From Halobacteriovoraceae bacterium (GTDB lineage: Bacteria; Bdellovibrionota; Bacteriovoracia; Bacteriovoracales; Bacteriovoracaceae), in NCBI GenBank assembly GCA_963719505.1, contig CAVRCF010000005.1, positions 320,001 to 384,000 on the forward strand: a stretch of DNA of 64,000 bases, in the 5' to 3' direction. Position 1 is the first letter of the stretch, and each line of letters opens with the position of its first letter. The notes below the pieces were generated by a model. The model was not told the DNA's origin, did not search any database, and saw nothing but the letters and a program-made list of their open reading frames with translations. Shown here in pieces: positions 46,801 to 56,180 of the stretch. The position numbers were made by a program, and so were the translations under genes.

Positions 46801-49362
46801 TATAGAGTTGACAAAATAACCGACGGTGTTTTCAAATTTTTCACTATGTCTATTTCTAACGGGTAAGCCTACGACTAAATCATCTTGGCGGGCATATTTA
46901 GACAGAACAATTTTAAAAAGAGATAAAAGGGTATTAAATGTTGAAACTCCAAGCCTCTCACTAACGGTGTTTAGGTTTTTTACGTCCTGAGCTGAAAACT
47001 CAATAAAAACTGAACTGGCAAGATTTGAAGCTTTACGAGGTCTTGGAAAATCAATCGGAAGATCTAGTATTGGAAGCTTTCCCGATAGTTTTTCATGCCA
47101 ATAGTTTAAACTCTTTGCATAGCTTCTAGACTCTAAAAGGTTATTTGAATAATCAATATAGTCTGAGTATGTGAATTTGTCTAAGCTTGTTTTAAAAGAG
47201 GTTCCATCTAAAAGGCTTCGATAGTTACTATCTAGCTCGTTAATAAGGAGATCAAAGCACCAACCATCCCAGACTAAGTGATGAGGCATAAAGAACAATA
47301 TAGTTTCATTGAATTCATTAATAAAAATCTTTGTCTTAAAAAGATAACTCTCCAAGAGATCTAATTTTTGAGTAAACTGTAGTTCAATATATGATTGAAT
47401 ATCTTTGTTTGATAATTTCTCAACAGATATATCTTTATCAAAGGGATATGGTCCTCTAAATTCATAGTCTCCCCCGCCATTAATAAAAAGCTTTGATAAA
47501 AGAAGAGGATGACAATTTAAAAATTGATGAACAGAGAGTTTAAGCTTCTCATGATCAATACCTTCCCCAAGGTTGAGACCAGTTGGCAAATTATTAACGG
47601 CCACACTACTTTTTAAAGAAAGAAATAGAGAGCGAAGTTGACTTTTACTAAGGGAATGAGAAGATTTTTTTGTGTGAACGACCTCTATCTGTTTCACACC
47701 TGATTCACCTTTCTGTCCATTTAATAATGTTTCTAGCTCTAAAATAGTTGGGTACCTAAAAATATCATTTAAGCCTATCTGGTATCCTGCCTCTTTGAGA
47801 CGAGAAACCATCTTTATCGCCAAAAGAGAGTGTCCACCAAGGGCGAAAAAGTTCATATCCTTTGGTATATTATCAATCAGAAGAACTTCGGACCAAAGTT
47901 TTGCAACATCAAAATCTTCAGTTTTCTCAATATTTAAAGTCTCTTTCTTTGGAACAGAAATATTTTTCTCTTTAGCTCTATCGGGAGTCTTCGGAGTCTT
48001 TAGTGTCATTGGCTCTATAGCTGGAAGATCTAGTACTATAGAAGATAATGGTGTAGACGGATTTTTTAGAATAATGGAGACAAGGCCCTCAAATGATCTC
48101 ATCCATTTATGAATCGTCTCCTGCGAAAAAAGGTTTGTATTAAACTGCATCTCAAAAATGAGATCATCTCCGAAAGTAACAATATTTAAAAACAGTTCAA
48201 AGTTCTCTGCCATTCTTGGAACGGTTCTAAAATGCCCCTGAAGACCATCAAAAGCCAAGCCTTGATTCTTTTTTTGAATATCCAGATTAAAGATATTATT
48301 AATAAGGGGTACCTGACCAGCAACTCTTGGAACATCTATAACCTGAAGAAGCTCTCCAAAAGTAACCTGCTGAAAGTCGAGACCATCCAGAAGAGTTTTT
48401 TTGACTTGATTGAGTAAATCGATAAAATTTAGCTTCTTGTCAAAGACTATTCTCATAGGAATAAGATTTACGTAGTGACCAACAAGATTATGATGACCAG
48501 AGACTGACTGCTCTGCAGCCGGAATACCAATAATCAAATCATCAGCTTTAGAAATTTTGTGAAGCAAAGTCCCGTACACTGCAAGAAGAGAACTATAGAA
48601 ACTAAAGCCATTTTTTTGAGCAAGTCGCCTAAGGTCTGCGGAGAACTCCGTTGAAAAATCAAAATCAAAACGCTTGGATTCAAACGTTCTCATATTTGGT
48701 CTTGAGTACTCAGTTGGAATAGAAAATTGATGATTAAAACCATCAAGTTTTTCAATCCAATACTTTTTTATTGAATCAAAGTCTCTTATTTGCATGTAGT
48801 TATAAAATTGGATTGGAGAAGTCTCTAACTGAACAACACCTGTCTTTCTTTGAGAATAAAGTCGACTAAGATCCTGAATAACGACTTCTAAAGACCAACC
48901 ATCACAAATAATATGGTGAACAGTAAAAAATAGAATCGATTTATCCTGTCCTTTTAATAAGGAGGACCTTACAAGAGGACCGGCTGTTAAATCAAAAGAA
49001 TTTGTCACCTCTTTATGAGCAAATTCATCAACGCTATAGAGATCTAGATTAAAAATATTAAGAGATGGAGTTAACCCATCGATAAAGAGCATTTTTTCAC
49101 CATCTTTTGAGATGATACAATTTAAAATAGTATAGCGCAGGAAGAGATCCCTAAAAGCTAATTTTAATGCCCTTATATCTAAGACACCCTCAAGCTCAAC
49201 TTTAACCGTAAGATTGTAAGCCGTATCTGCTGTTTCGGTGAAATTGATTGTCGACCACATCTCTTTTTGTGCGGCTGTTGTATCAACAGACTTTAATACT
49301 CTTTTCAACTTGGAAGCCGCAACAAGATTCTTTAGGAATATATCTTTATCTTTTGTGCTCAA
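43783..49362 (-). CDS. Non-ribosomal peptide synthetase, C-T-C-A-T-TE; A domain predicted to activate glycine
   Basis: C motifs HHIICDG and HHLVWDG; two GGHS carrier motifs; A motifs YTSGSTGLPKG, NMYGPTE, TGDL, QVKVRGYRIE; TE motif GGSMGG; TTG start with AAGGA RBS. Confidence 0.93.
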   Translation of the reverse strand: MSTKDKDIFLKNLVAASKLKRVLKSVDTTAAQKEMWSTINFTETADTAYNLTVKVELEGVLDIRALKLAFRDLFLRYTILNCIISKDGEKMLFIDGLTPSLNIFNLDLYSVDEFAHKEVTNSFDLTAGPLVRSSLLKGQDKSILFFTVHHIICDGWSLEVVIQDLSRLYSQRKTGVVQLETSPIQFYNYMQIRDFDSIKKYWIEKLDGFNHQFSIPTEYSRPNMRTFESKRFDFDFSTEFSADLRRLAQKNGFSFYSSLLAVYGTLLHKISKADDLIIGIPAAEQSVSGHHNLVGHYVNLIPMRIVFDKKLNFIDLLNQVKKTLLDGLDFQQVTFGELLQVIDVPRVAGQVPLINNIFNLDIQKKNQGLAFDGLQGHFRTVPRMAENFELFLNIVTFGDDLIFEMQFNTNLFSQETIHKWMRSFEGLVSIILKNPSTPLSSIVLDLPAIEPMTLKTPKTPDRAKEKNISVPKKETLNIEKTEDFDVAKLWSEVLLIDNIPKDMNFFALGGHSLLAIKMVSRLKEAGYQIGLNDIFRYPTILELETLLNGQKGESGVKQIEVVHTKKSSHSLSKSQLRSLFLSLKSSVAVNNLPTGLNLGEGIDHEKLKLSVHQFLNCHPLLLSKLFINGGGDYEFRGPYPFDKDISVEKLSNKDIQSYIELQFTQKLDLLESYLFKTKIFINEFNETILFFMPHHLVWDGWCFDLLINELDSNYRSLLDGTSFKTSLDKFTYSDYIDYSNNLLESRSYAKSLNYWHEKLSGKLPILDLPIDFPRPRKASNLASSVFIEFSAQDVKNLNTVSERLGVSTFNTLLSLFKIVLSKYARQDDLVVGLPVRNRHSEKFENTVGYFVNSIAIRTELSKEMELQNFIKNVASACFQGFDNEQVIFEDVVKLLGIGQDTSRSPVFQSFFTFQEVSNRSSTFDSNPISHVKRKTNTTHTDLDLWVKASQDKIEGAFVYRVDLFSEITITRIKESFELLVKSILNLLDSPLGVIDVVTDDQKFMLENSWNATVCENESLTVSELFEKSCLQFPDNTAIYCEKKSFTYSEVLNLSDRYASSLINRGVKPGDLVGLCVDRESQMLIALLGIMKAGAGYIPLEPSFPKDRIDYMVETSDLNIIIASSKYKERFSKSLTVVDLSELTENESLNRCEFPKVDLDALMYVIYTSGSTGLPKGVELTHRSVSNFLQSMVKTPGLKSSTSLLAVTTLSFDIAVLELYAPLLVGGSVFIASKAQTINGDSLKTIISDKEITAMQATPSTWRLLLASGWQAKEGFKVLCGGEPFPLDLAETLLEQTQDVWNMYGPTETTVWSTCKKIKKDDKKMLIGKPIDNTQVYILDERGQSVPIGATGELFIAGEGLAKGYRKRDDLTQKVFSFNERLKTRVYNTGDLARWNYNGDLECLGRNDGQVKVRGYRIELGEIEAQIAKSPGVTSCVVITREDIPGDVRLVAYIIGDFNHLELRKFLSVSLPVYMIPSNFIKLDSFPKTLNDKIDKKNLPSPLSLLSGGQKPSTKLERVEPKTETERAVKDLWVSVLAKNDFGIQDNFFDIGGHSILSVTLFSKIENKFDIQLELSMLFDYPTIFLISELIDLKLKAKKISSTSDKNLGDSRASTCVVKIRDGNDGIPLFMFHGVGGNVLNYRDLGLKVAANKAVYGLQASGVDGISELHQSIKEMAVHYAKEIVNTVDSKKVFLAGGSMGGLLALEVAIELKKIDVEVGKLIMFDTSGPNLQFKPYITLKKRFERLKDSLFYRISSFFKEKEIAKYEKTGRIIPHHLRYYKIEKNNFKCMKEHVVSSYDGDMVLFRAPLTQKGFYSDSLLGWGGVIKGDIKIVTFDVPHATFVESAKVQDSFIEEISKP

Positions 49363-49363
49363 A

Positions 49364-52300
49364 TCAGTTTCCTTTATCTACTTTCTCAAAATTTCCATTT
49401 TTATTTTTTACAAACCACGCTATATCCCCCTTATCGTCTTGCATGAGAAGTGCTCCCTCCACCGGAGGCTCACCAGAGGACTTTGACTCTAAGGTAGGAA
49501 TAAGTCCTTTTGATTGAAGAAGTAAAAGCTGTTCTTGAACCGTATCCATAACGATCCTTAAGTCTTCTTTTGTGTGTGCAATATTAATATACCAAGGAAA
49601 GCCGTCGTAGACATGAATACCACGTTCTTTAAGCGCCACGAAAAGAAGATCAGAAAAAGGAACATCGACTAGCCACTTGGGCTTCATGAGAGCACCAAAA
49701 TTATCTATAGTAAGAGGAATATTTGAAAGCTTACAAAAAAGATTTAACTTTGCAGCAAACTCATCAGCACTTCCATTAATCCTATCGAGGAGCTCTTTCC
49801 CTCCCTCTTTAATGACTTCTAATGCGCCTTTAGCTGCAGCTAGAGCTAAAGGATGCCGGACGAAGGTTCCCGCAAAATAAGTGACACCAACTGTTGGACC
49901 TGAATCATCTCCATACTGCCAATGTCCACCATCAAGGGCGTCCATGTATTTTGCAGAACCTGCGACTACACCTATAGGCATTCCACCACCGACGACTTTT
50001 CCATAGGCAGCCAAGTCAGCTTTTATTCCAAAGTACTCCTGAGCTCCACCTGTAGCGATTCTAAAGCCCGTTATAACTTCATCAAAAATAAAACAAACAT
50101 CATTGGCACTCGTTATATCTCTAAGCTTTTGAAGAAACTCTTTTGGATGATAGTCACTTCTTCTACTTTGAACAGGCTCAACCATAATTGCCGCGACCTC
50201 ATGAATATGTTTTTTAACGTATTCAAAAGACTCTTCAGTACCATAATCAAGGACAATCATATTCTTGACTGACTCACTATTAATTCCTGGAGCAGCGGGA
50301 ACAGGTCTTCCTCCTCCTACTCCTCTGACGATAACCTCATCGTTAATTCCATGGTAAGAACCATTAAAACTTATAATTTTATCTTTACCACTAATCGTTC
50401 TCGCAATTCTCATACAACCTAGAACGGCTTCTGATCCGGTATTACAAAACCCTGCTCTTTCAAGACCTGTTAGCTCACAAACAAGTCTACTAACATCTTC
50501 CGTTAGTGGATGCTGAGGCCCAATCTCTACCCCATTGTCGATCTGCTCTTTTACATATTTAGTAATATGGGGATGCCCATTTCCAAAAAAGTTTGAACCA
50601 AATCCACACGTAATATCAATATACTCATTACCGTCTATATCCCACAGGTGATTCGCTTTAGACTTTTTCACAACGATAGGATAAGTGACCTCTTTTGTAA
50701 GAGGTTTAAAACCTGAAACAACTCTAGGATCAGCATGCATTTTTCTATTTCTTTGAGTGAATTCTTTAGAAGAAGATGTCTTTTTTAGGTATTTTGAAAA
50801 AAGATCATCAATAAAATCTTTTTGTTCGCTTGTCAGTGTATTTTTATTCTTCGTCGTAATTCTCGCAATAGCACCATAAGCCGTATCAGCGTTATCGACT
50901 CCTACCTTTTTTGACTTTGGACTCTCGTTTACTGAAGTGCTTGGAGCTGGAGGAGTCTTTGCTCTTTCTTCACTTTGAGGTTTCACTGGCCCAATTAAGG
51001 TTGCCTGAGCACTCCCCCCTAAAAGAAGTAATTGATTATTCATAATCTCAAGTTGCTTATTAATCAGCCCTTGAACACTTCCAGAAATTTCTGTATTTAC
51101 CATACTTATCGATTGCATTGCTTCCGGTTGTGTTAATGTTTGACTACCTTGCTCATAACTTAAAACGGGAGGACTAGGTTCATTTTTAAAGTAAGTGCTA
51201 TCAACTCTAGAGACGAGGGCCTGTGTTAAAACATCAAGAGAAGAGACGTCATCCGCAAGTTGCCTAAAAGAAATCTCAACATTGAATTCCTTTTTCAAAT
51301 TTAATGCAATTTGCGTTAAGAAAAGTGAATCCATTCCCATTTCCATGAAAGTCATCTCGCTATCAAAGTCGGTTAAAATCAATCCAGATGCCTCATCAAA
51401 GATTTGAACGATCTTCTCTTTGATTTGTTTGTCCTTTGCCATTTTCATTCCTTCAGTATTTTGTTTCAATATTTCGTTATGATTATTAGGTAATTGAGTA
51501 GTCTGAGAAGTAGGTTCTCTCCATTCAAGCCAATAGGACTTCTTATCGAATGGATAAGTAGGAGTTTGCGGAAATCTCTTTTTTTGATCCATGAAAAAGA
51601 GCTTTTTTGATTCTTCTTTACCGTGGCACCAAAGATAGCCCAACGCCTTGTGAAGAGAAAACTGCTCATTTTCCAAATCATCTTTCAATGAATTTATAGC
51701 AGCAAACTTCTTGAGCCCTAAATTTACTGCTGTCTTTCTGGCCAAAGTTGTAAGAGTCGCTCTTGGACCAACTTCCAAAAAGATAGCATCTTTAAAATTT
51801 TCAATAATAGACTCAATAGTTGGAGCAAATTTTACTGGAGCTTTCATATGTTCAACCCAGTATTCAGGGTCAGTAAATCTTTTGGACTCTATACTTGTTG
51901 TCACAGTAGAGACGAAGGTCATTTTCGGTTCATGAAATGTAACAGAGCGAGCTACTTCTCTAAATGAATTAAATATAGGCAGCATCATATCTGAATGAAA
52001 AGCATGAGAGGTATGGAGTAATTTATTTTTAATATTTGATTCCGTTAGCTTTTCACTTAGCTTCTCTATACTAGCAGATGGTCCCGAGACTACTGTTAGT
52101 TTCGGAGCATTGATAGCCGCTAATTGAATATCGGTTGGGAGAAGATCTTTATAGGAGTCAAAATCAGCTCCCACAGAGAGCATTGCCCCTCTTTCTAAAC
52201 TCTCCATAAGACTGGATCTCGTTGAAATAAGCTTTAATCCATCTTCTAAAGAAAAGACTCCACTAATCACAGCCGCAACAAACTCCCCCACACTGTGACC

Positions 52301-54379
52301 AATTAAAACGTCAGGAACAACCCCTAAACTATCTAGAAATTTGGTTAGAGAGTATTCAATAACAAAAAGTGCTGGTTGAGTGTAATAAGTATTTTTTAAA
52401 GCATCAAAAGCTTCTTCTTCACTCATATTGTCAACGAAAATAATCTCTCGAAGGTCTCTTTTGAGATAGGTTTTTAAAATGTCACAACATTGATTGAAGT
52501 GTTCGGCAAAGATCGCATTGCTCATAAGATCTTTACCCATCCTAAGGTATTGACTACCTTGACCTGGATACATAAAAACAATTTTTTTACTTCCTAAAGT
52601 TCCATTAACAGCTTCAAATCGATCGTTATGATAAACGAGTGCCCGATTGTATTTGTATTTAAATCTATTAAAGGAAATCTCTGAACTGATAGCTCCCCAA
52701 TCGTTTGGTGACTTTGACTTTAAAAACTCTTTGATATTTGTTTCATAGATATTGAGTGCATCTTTAGATTTGGCTGAAAAATGAATAAAAAGGTGTTCAT
52801 GCCTTTTCTTATCCTGGTCTTTTGTCTCGTCATTATAGTTTTCGATAATGACATGCGCATTGGTTCCGCCGACACCAAAAGATGAAATACCAATATTAAA
52901 AATCTCTTTTTCTATCTCTACTGTTTTTTCATTTATTGCAAAGCTTGTCTTTTCTAATCCTAAATGAGGATTTAAAGTTTCAAAGTTTGCCATTTTTGGG
53001 ATTTTACGATGAAGATTAATACAGATGGACTTGATGAGACCAACCACACCAGCTGCCGAATTCATATGAGCAGTATTTGACTTTACAGATCCAAGATAAA
53101 CTTCTTGATGCGCTTTTAATTTTTTTCCATAGGAGCTATTAAGTCCTTTAACCTCGATGGGATCACCAACAGGAGTTGCTGTCCCATGGGCTTCAATATA
53201 AACAAGATTATCAAGCTCAATATTTGCATCTTTAATAGCGCGATCGATCGCTATACTTTGCCCTTTTGCACTAGGGGCCATAAAACTCATTTTGTCTGAG
53301 CCATCATTATTTGTTCCAACACCTTTTATAACAGATAGAACTGTATCTCCGTCAGCTAACGCTTTTGAGAGATCCTTGAGGACAACAATTCCTGCACCAT
53401 CAGTAAAAAGGGTTCCCGTAGACTGATGGTCAAAAGGAGAGCACTTTCCATCTTTTGTTTGAATTCCATCTGGTTGATAGAGGTGTCCTTTATTGGGGGT
53501 TCCAGAGATGGCCAATCCCCCAGCTAGTGCGGCGTCACACTCTCCTCTTCTAATGGAATGAACGGCTTCAATAACAGTTATAAGTGAAGTTGAACAAGCG
53601 GTTTGAATGGTAAGAGCAGGGCCTTTGAGATTTAGTTTATAAGCCACTCGAGCAGCAAGATAGTCCTTTTCAAGCCCAAGCATTGTGTTGAACTCTCCTA
53701 GCCGATTCACTTCTTGTGGGTATTGAGAAACTAAACTTGCATATGTATTGTTTGCGGCTCCTAAAAAAATACCAACTTTATCACTCTTGTTGACCAAACC
53801 AGACAACTCCATTGCCTCATGAGATAGCTCTAGCGCTTTTCTATGTTGAGGATCCATAAGTTTGGCCTCAGCAGGAGTTATATTAAAGAGTGAACAGTCG
53901 AAGGTATCGAAATCTGGACATAGGCCACTGGCAAAAACATAGTCGGGATTGTCTTTTAAATCATTATGAACACTTGGATGTGTCTGATCTTTTTGAAATT
54001 TTTCAACAAGGTTTTTTTGCTCGCAAATATTTTCCCATAACTCTAGAACATCGTGAGATTTTGGAAAACGACCAGTCATCGCGATAATCGCAATGTCTTT
54101 AGATTGGTTGCCAGATTCGTCATTATTCGCATCTTTAATATCATCACTAGTTTCAGTATCAAAAAGAAAATGACTAAGAGAATGAATGGTTCTATTTTCC
54201 AGAAGATCCACGATCGTGAGATCTGGAAAGTCATTTTTTAAACCTGATAAAATCTTTATTGCCAAAAGTGAATTTCCACCCAAGTCAAAAAAATCATCAT
54301 CATTTGAAAAATCATCGAAATGCAAAACTGAAACCCAAAGGGACTTCAACCTACTTGTAAATATCGACTTATCTGTCAT
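49364..54379 (-). CDS. Type I PKS with aminotransferase: carrier-KS-AT-ACP-AMT
   Basis: N-terminal FFDLGGNSL; KS TACSTS, HGTAT, KSNTAH; AT GHSVG and HAFHS (malonyl type); ACP MGMDSL; class III aminotransferase FDEVITGFR and YGKVVGGGMP. Confidence 0.93.
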   Translation of the reverse strand: MTDKSIFTSRLKSLWVSVLHFDDFSNDDDFFDLGGNSLLAIKILSGLKNDFPDLTIVDLLENRTIHSLSHFLFDTETSDDIKDANNDESGNQSKDIAIIAMTGRFPKSHDVLELWENICEQKNLVEKFQKDQTHPSVHNDLKDNPDYVFASGLCPDFDTFDCSLFNITPAEAKLMDPQHRKALELSHEAMELSGLVNKSDKVGIFLGAANNTYASLVSQYPQEVNRLGEFNTMLGLEKDYLAARVAYKLNLKGPALTIQTACSTSLITVIEAVHSIRRGECDAALAGGLAISGTPNKGHLYQPDGIQTKDGKCSPFDHQSTGTLFTDGAGIVVLKDLSKALADGDTVLSVIKGVGTNNDGSDKMSFMAPSAKGQSIAIDRAIKDANIELDNLVYIEAHGTATPVGDPIEVKGLNSSYGKKLKAHQEVYLGSVKSNTAHMNSAAGVVGLIKSICINLHRKIPKMANFETLNPHLGLEKTSFAINEKTVEIEKEIFNIGISSFGVGGTNAHVIIENYNDETKDQDKKRHEHLFIHFSAKSKDALNIYETNIKEFLKSKSPNDWGAISSEISFNRFKYKYNRALVYHNDRFEAVNGTLGSKKIVFMYPGQGSQYLRMGKDLMSNAIFAEHFNQCCDILKTYLKRDLREIIFVDNMSEEEAFDALKNTYYTQPALFVIEYSLTKFLDSLGVVPDVLIGHSVGEFVAAVISGVFSLEDGLKLISTRSSLMESLERGAMLSVGADFDSYKDLLPTDIQLAAINAPKLTVVSGPSASIEKLSEKLTESNIKNKLLHTSHAFHSDMMLPIFNSFREVARSVTFHEPKMTFVSTVTTSIESKRFTDPEYWVEHMKAPVKFAPTIESIIENFKDAIFLEVGPRATLTTLARKTAVNLGLKKFAAINSLKDDLENEQFSLHKALGYLWCHGKEESKKLFFMDQKKRFPQTPTYPFDKKSYWLEWREPTSQTTQLPNNHNEILKQNTEGMKMAKDKQIKEKIVQIFDEASGLILTDFDSEMTFMEMGMDSLFLTQIALNLKKEFNVEISFRQLADDVSSLDVLTQALVSRVDSTYFKNEPSPPVLSYEQGSQTLTQPEAMQSISMVNTEISGSVQGLINKQLEIMNNQLLLLGGSAQATLIGPVKPQSEERAKTPPAPSTSVNESPKSKKVGVDNADTAYGAIARITTKNKNTLTSEQKDFIDDLFSKYLKKTSSSKEFTQRNRKMHADPRVVSGFKPLTKEVTYPIVVKKSKANHLWDIDGNEYIDITCGFGSNFFGNGHPHITKYVKEQIDNGVEIGPQHPLTEDVSRLVCELTGLERAGFCNTGSEAVLGCMRIARTISGKDKIISFNGSYHGINDEVIVRGVGGGRPVPAAPGINSESVKNMIVLDYGTEESFEYVKKHIHEVAAIMVEPVQSRRSDYHPKEFLQKLRDITSANDVCFIFDEVITGFRIATGGAQEYFGIKADLAAYGKVVGGGMPIGVVAGSAKYMDALDGGHWQYGDDSGPTVGVTYFAGTFVRHPLALAAAKGALEVIKEGGKELLDRINGSADEFAAKLNLFCKLSNIPLTIDNFGALMKPKWLVDVPFSDLLFVALKERGIHVYDGFPWYINIAHTKEDLRIVMDTVQEQLLLLQSKGLIPTLESKSSGEPPVEGALLMQDDKGDIAWFVKNKNGNFEKVDKGN

Positions 54380-54408
54380 ATAAAACCTTAATAAATATCT
54401 TTTAATAC

Positions 54409-54435
54409 TTATCGGCTTTACTCGGGTAATCTTTA
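54409..54435 (-). promoter_or_regulatory. Sigma-28 (FliA) promoter upstream of the PKS-NRPS genes
   Basis: Minus strand reads TAAA-GATTACCCGAGTAAA-GCCGATAA, an exact TAAA-N15-GCCGATAA, in the 59-bp gap and 29 nt before the PKS ATG. Confidence 0.8.
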
Positions 54436-54438
54436 CGT

Positions 54439-55104
54439 TTATTTTCTTAAAATTAGCGCCGTAACTACTTGATTTTTAATTACTTTATAATGGCCAGTAT
54501 AGAGAGAATTGAAGCCTTTGAGTTCGTCCAATTCACTATGCAGTTCAACGTCAAACGAATCTTTTCGAATGGATCGTACGCTGGCGTGTTCAAAACCAAA
54601 AAATTTATCACACAGAGGATTAATAAGTTTGTACAAAGATTCTTTGGCAGAAAAGATAATTGTAGCGATCAGATCATCCGATTGACCATCAAACAGTTTT
54701 AGATCTGCATCTGTTGCAAGCTGCCTAGAGAGAGAATCAAATTTCTCTTTGGTCATTATAAGCTCACAGTCTATTCCAATGGAGGTCACTAAATCGGAGG
54801 GCGCAACACAGGCGATGGCCAAAGTCCTAGAGTGAGTTATGCTACCAACAACACCTTTAGGCCACAGTGGTTTTCTATCCTGACCAAATCCAACCAAGCC
54901 CTCAAGGCCCAAGGACTCCATCGCTTTTTTTGCGCAAGCTCTTGCAGCGACAAATTCACTTTGCCTGCCTTTAACAGCTTTTTTTAAAAGAGGATCGAGA
55001 AGATGAACATTTTCTTTGAAAATTGTATCTTCTAAAGGCAGCTCAATCCCAATTGAGACTGGACTATTGTCATCTTCACTGAAGAGGGACAAGACTTTAA
55101 ACAT
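54439..55104 (-). CDS. 4'-phosphopantetheinyl transferase (EntD-like)
   Basis: RQSEFVAAR, PLWPKGVVGSITHS, GIDCE, FSAKESLYK. Confidence 0.92.
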   Translation of the reverse strand: MFKVLSLFSEDDNSPVSIGIELPLEDTIFKENVHLLDPLLKKAVKGRQSEFVAARACAKKAMESLGLEGLVGFGQDRKPLWPKGVVGSITHSRTLAIACVAPSDLVTSIGIDCELIMTKEKFDSLSRQLATDADLKLFDGQSDDLIATIIFSAKESLYKLINPLCDKFFGFEHASVRSIRKDSFDVELHSELDELKGFNSLYTGHYKVIKNQVVTALILRK

Positions 55105-56097
55105 TTAGAGAAGTAAAATGATGGCGATAGAGCTCAGAACACCAAGAACCTGTGCCGTTCTTTGAAGAACAGTATCCCATACAGTCCTATGATCAGCGTA
55201 AAGCATGATGACATCATCTTTCTCTATCGCTGGAATTTCATCCATCTGGGTTATATCAAAACGAATTTTTTTAAGTCCCGAAGTTGTTGATCTAACAATA
55301 TAACATTCATCATATTTTATGTTTGATATTACTCCACCAGATTTATCTATATAGTAAAAAAGATCTTTATCTCTTTTAAATGCGACTTTTCCTGGTGCAC
55401 CGACACCTGACAGAACCGCAACCATGGGAACAATTTCATTATAAGCATCATCATTAATCAGATTGACAAAAATCGTATCAGCACCGGTCCATGCAAATGA
55501 CTTACTATATTCAATATTTTCATAAAACTGATTAAGACTAACAGTATAGGATTCTTTTTGTTGCTTTATGGATGCAGATAGAAAATCTTTATTCAAATCC
55601 CCTTTTAAGCCTCCGGCCTTATCTATGACTTTATCAATACTCTCTTCTCGAGTCACAAGGTAGCGACCTGGTTTATTCACAAATCCCCTAACTTCTACAT
55701 AGTAATCTTTTCTGATGAGACCTAGTCTTACTTGATTAGCCCCCTCTTGAAAAAATTGTTTATAGGCATTTTTAACGCGCTTTCTTAATTGAACAATATT
55801 GAGTCCACTGGTATTTATACGGACATTATAAGGTAAACGAAGAATTCCATCAAAGCTCACTCTATAATTCCCCTTCAATTTTTCATCGGAAGGATGGGAT
55901 AGGGAAAGTAAAAATCCAGGAGCGACATCGTACCTCATCGATCTAAACTGAGGGATATCTCCAACTTTTTTATAATTGAGGTCATTTTCGCTTCCATCAC
56001 CTACTTTTAAATCATTTTGTCTTTTGTAGTCTATATCTGAGCTACTTGCACAAGAGTATAAAACCAATATCATCAACGCTGAAAAGATTACTTTCAT
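55105..56097 (-). CDS. Polysaccharide export (Wza/OPX-like) lipoprotein with SLBB repeats
   Basis: Lipobox LYSC; YRVSFDGILRLPY, VEVRGFVNKPGRY, KAGG and KSGG repeats. Confidence 0.8.
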   Translation of the reverse strand: MKVIFSALMILVLYSCASSSDIDYKRQNDLKVGDGSENDLNYKKVGDIPQFRSMRYDVAPGFLLSLSHPSDEKLKGNYRVSFDGILRLPYNVRINTSGLNIVQLRKRVKNAYKQFFQEGANQVRLGLIRKDYYVEVRGFVNKPGRYLVTREESIDKVIDKAGGLKGDLNKDFLSASIKQQKESYTVSLNQFYENIEYSKSFAWTGADTIFVNLINDDAYNEIVPMVAVLSGVGAPGKVAFKRDKDLFYYIDKSGGVISNIKYDECYIVRSTTSGLKKIRFDITQMDEIPAIEKDDVIMLYADHRTVWDTVLQRTAQVLGVLSSIAIILLL

Positions 56098-56180
56098 TAT
56101 TTTCCTCTAAATCATTAATATATAAACCCATTCTATCGTGTTATAGTAAAATATCAAAGAATTTAAAGTGGGAAGATTTA

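Noticed and set aside
49355-49380. PKS and NRPS as one gene split by a frameshift
   Set aside because: The NRPS TTG has a well-spaced AAGGA RBS and the break falls between complete domains, consistent with two coupled genes.
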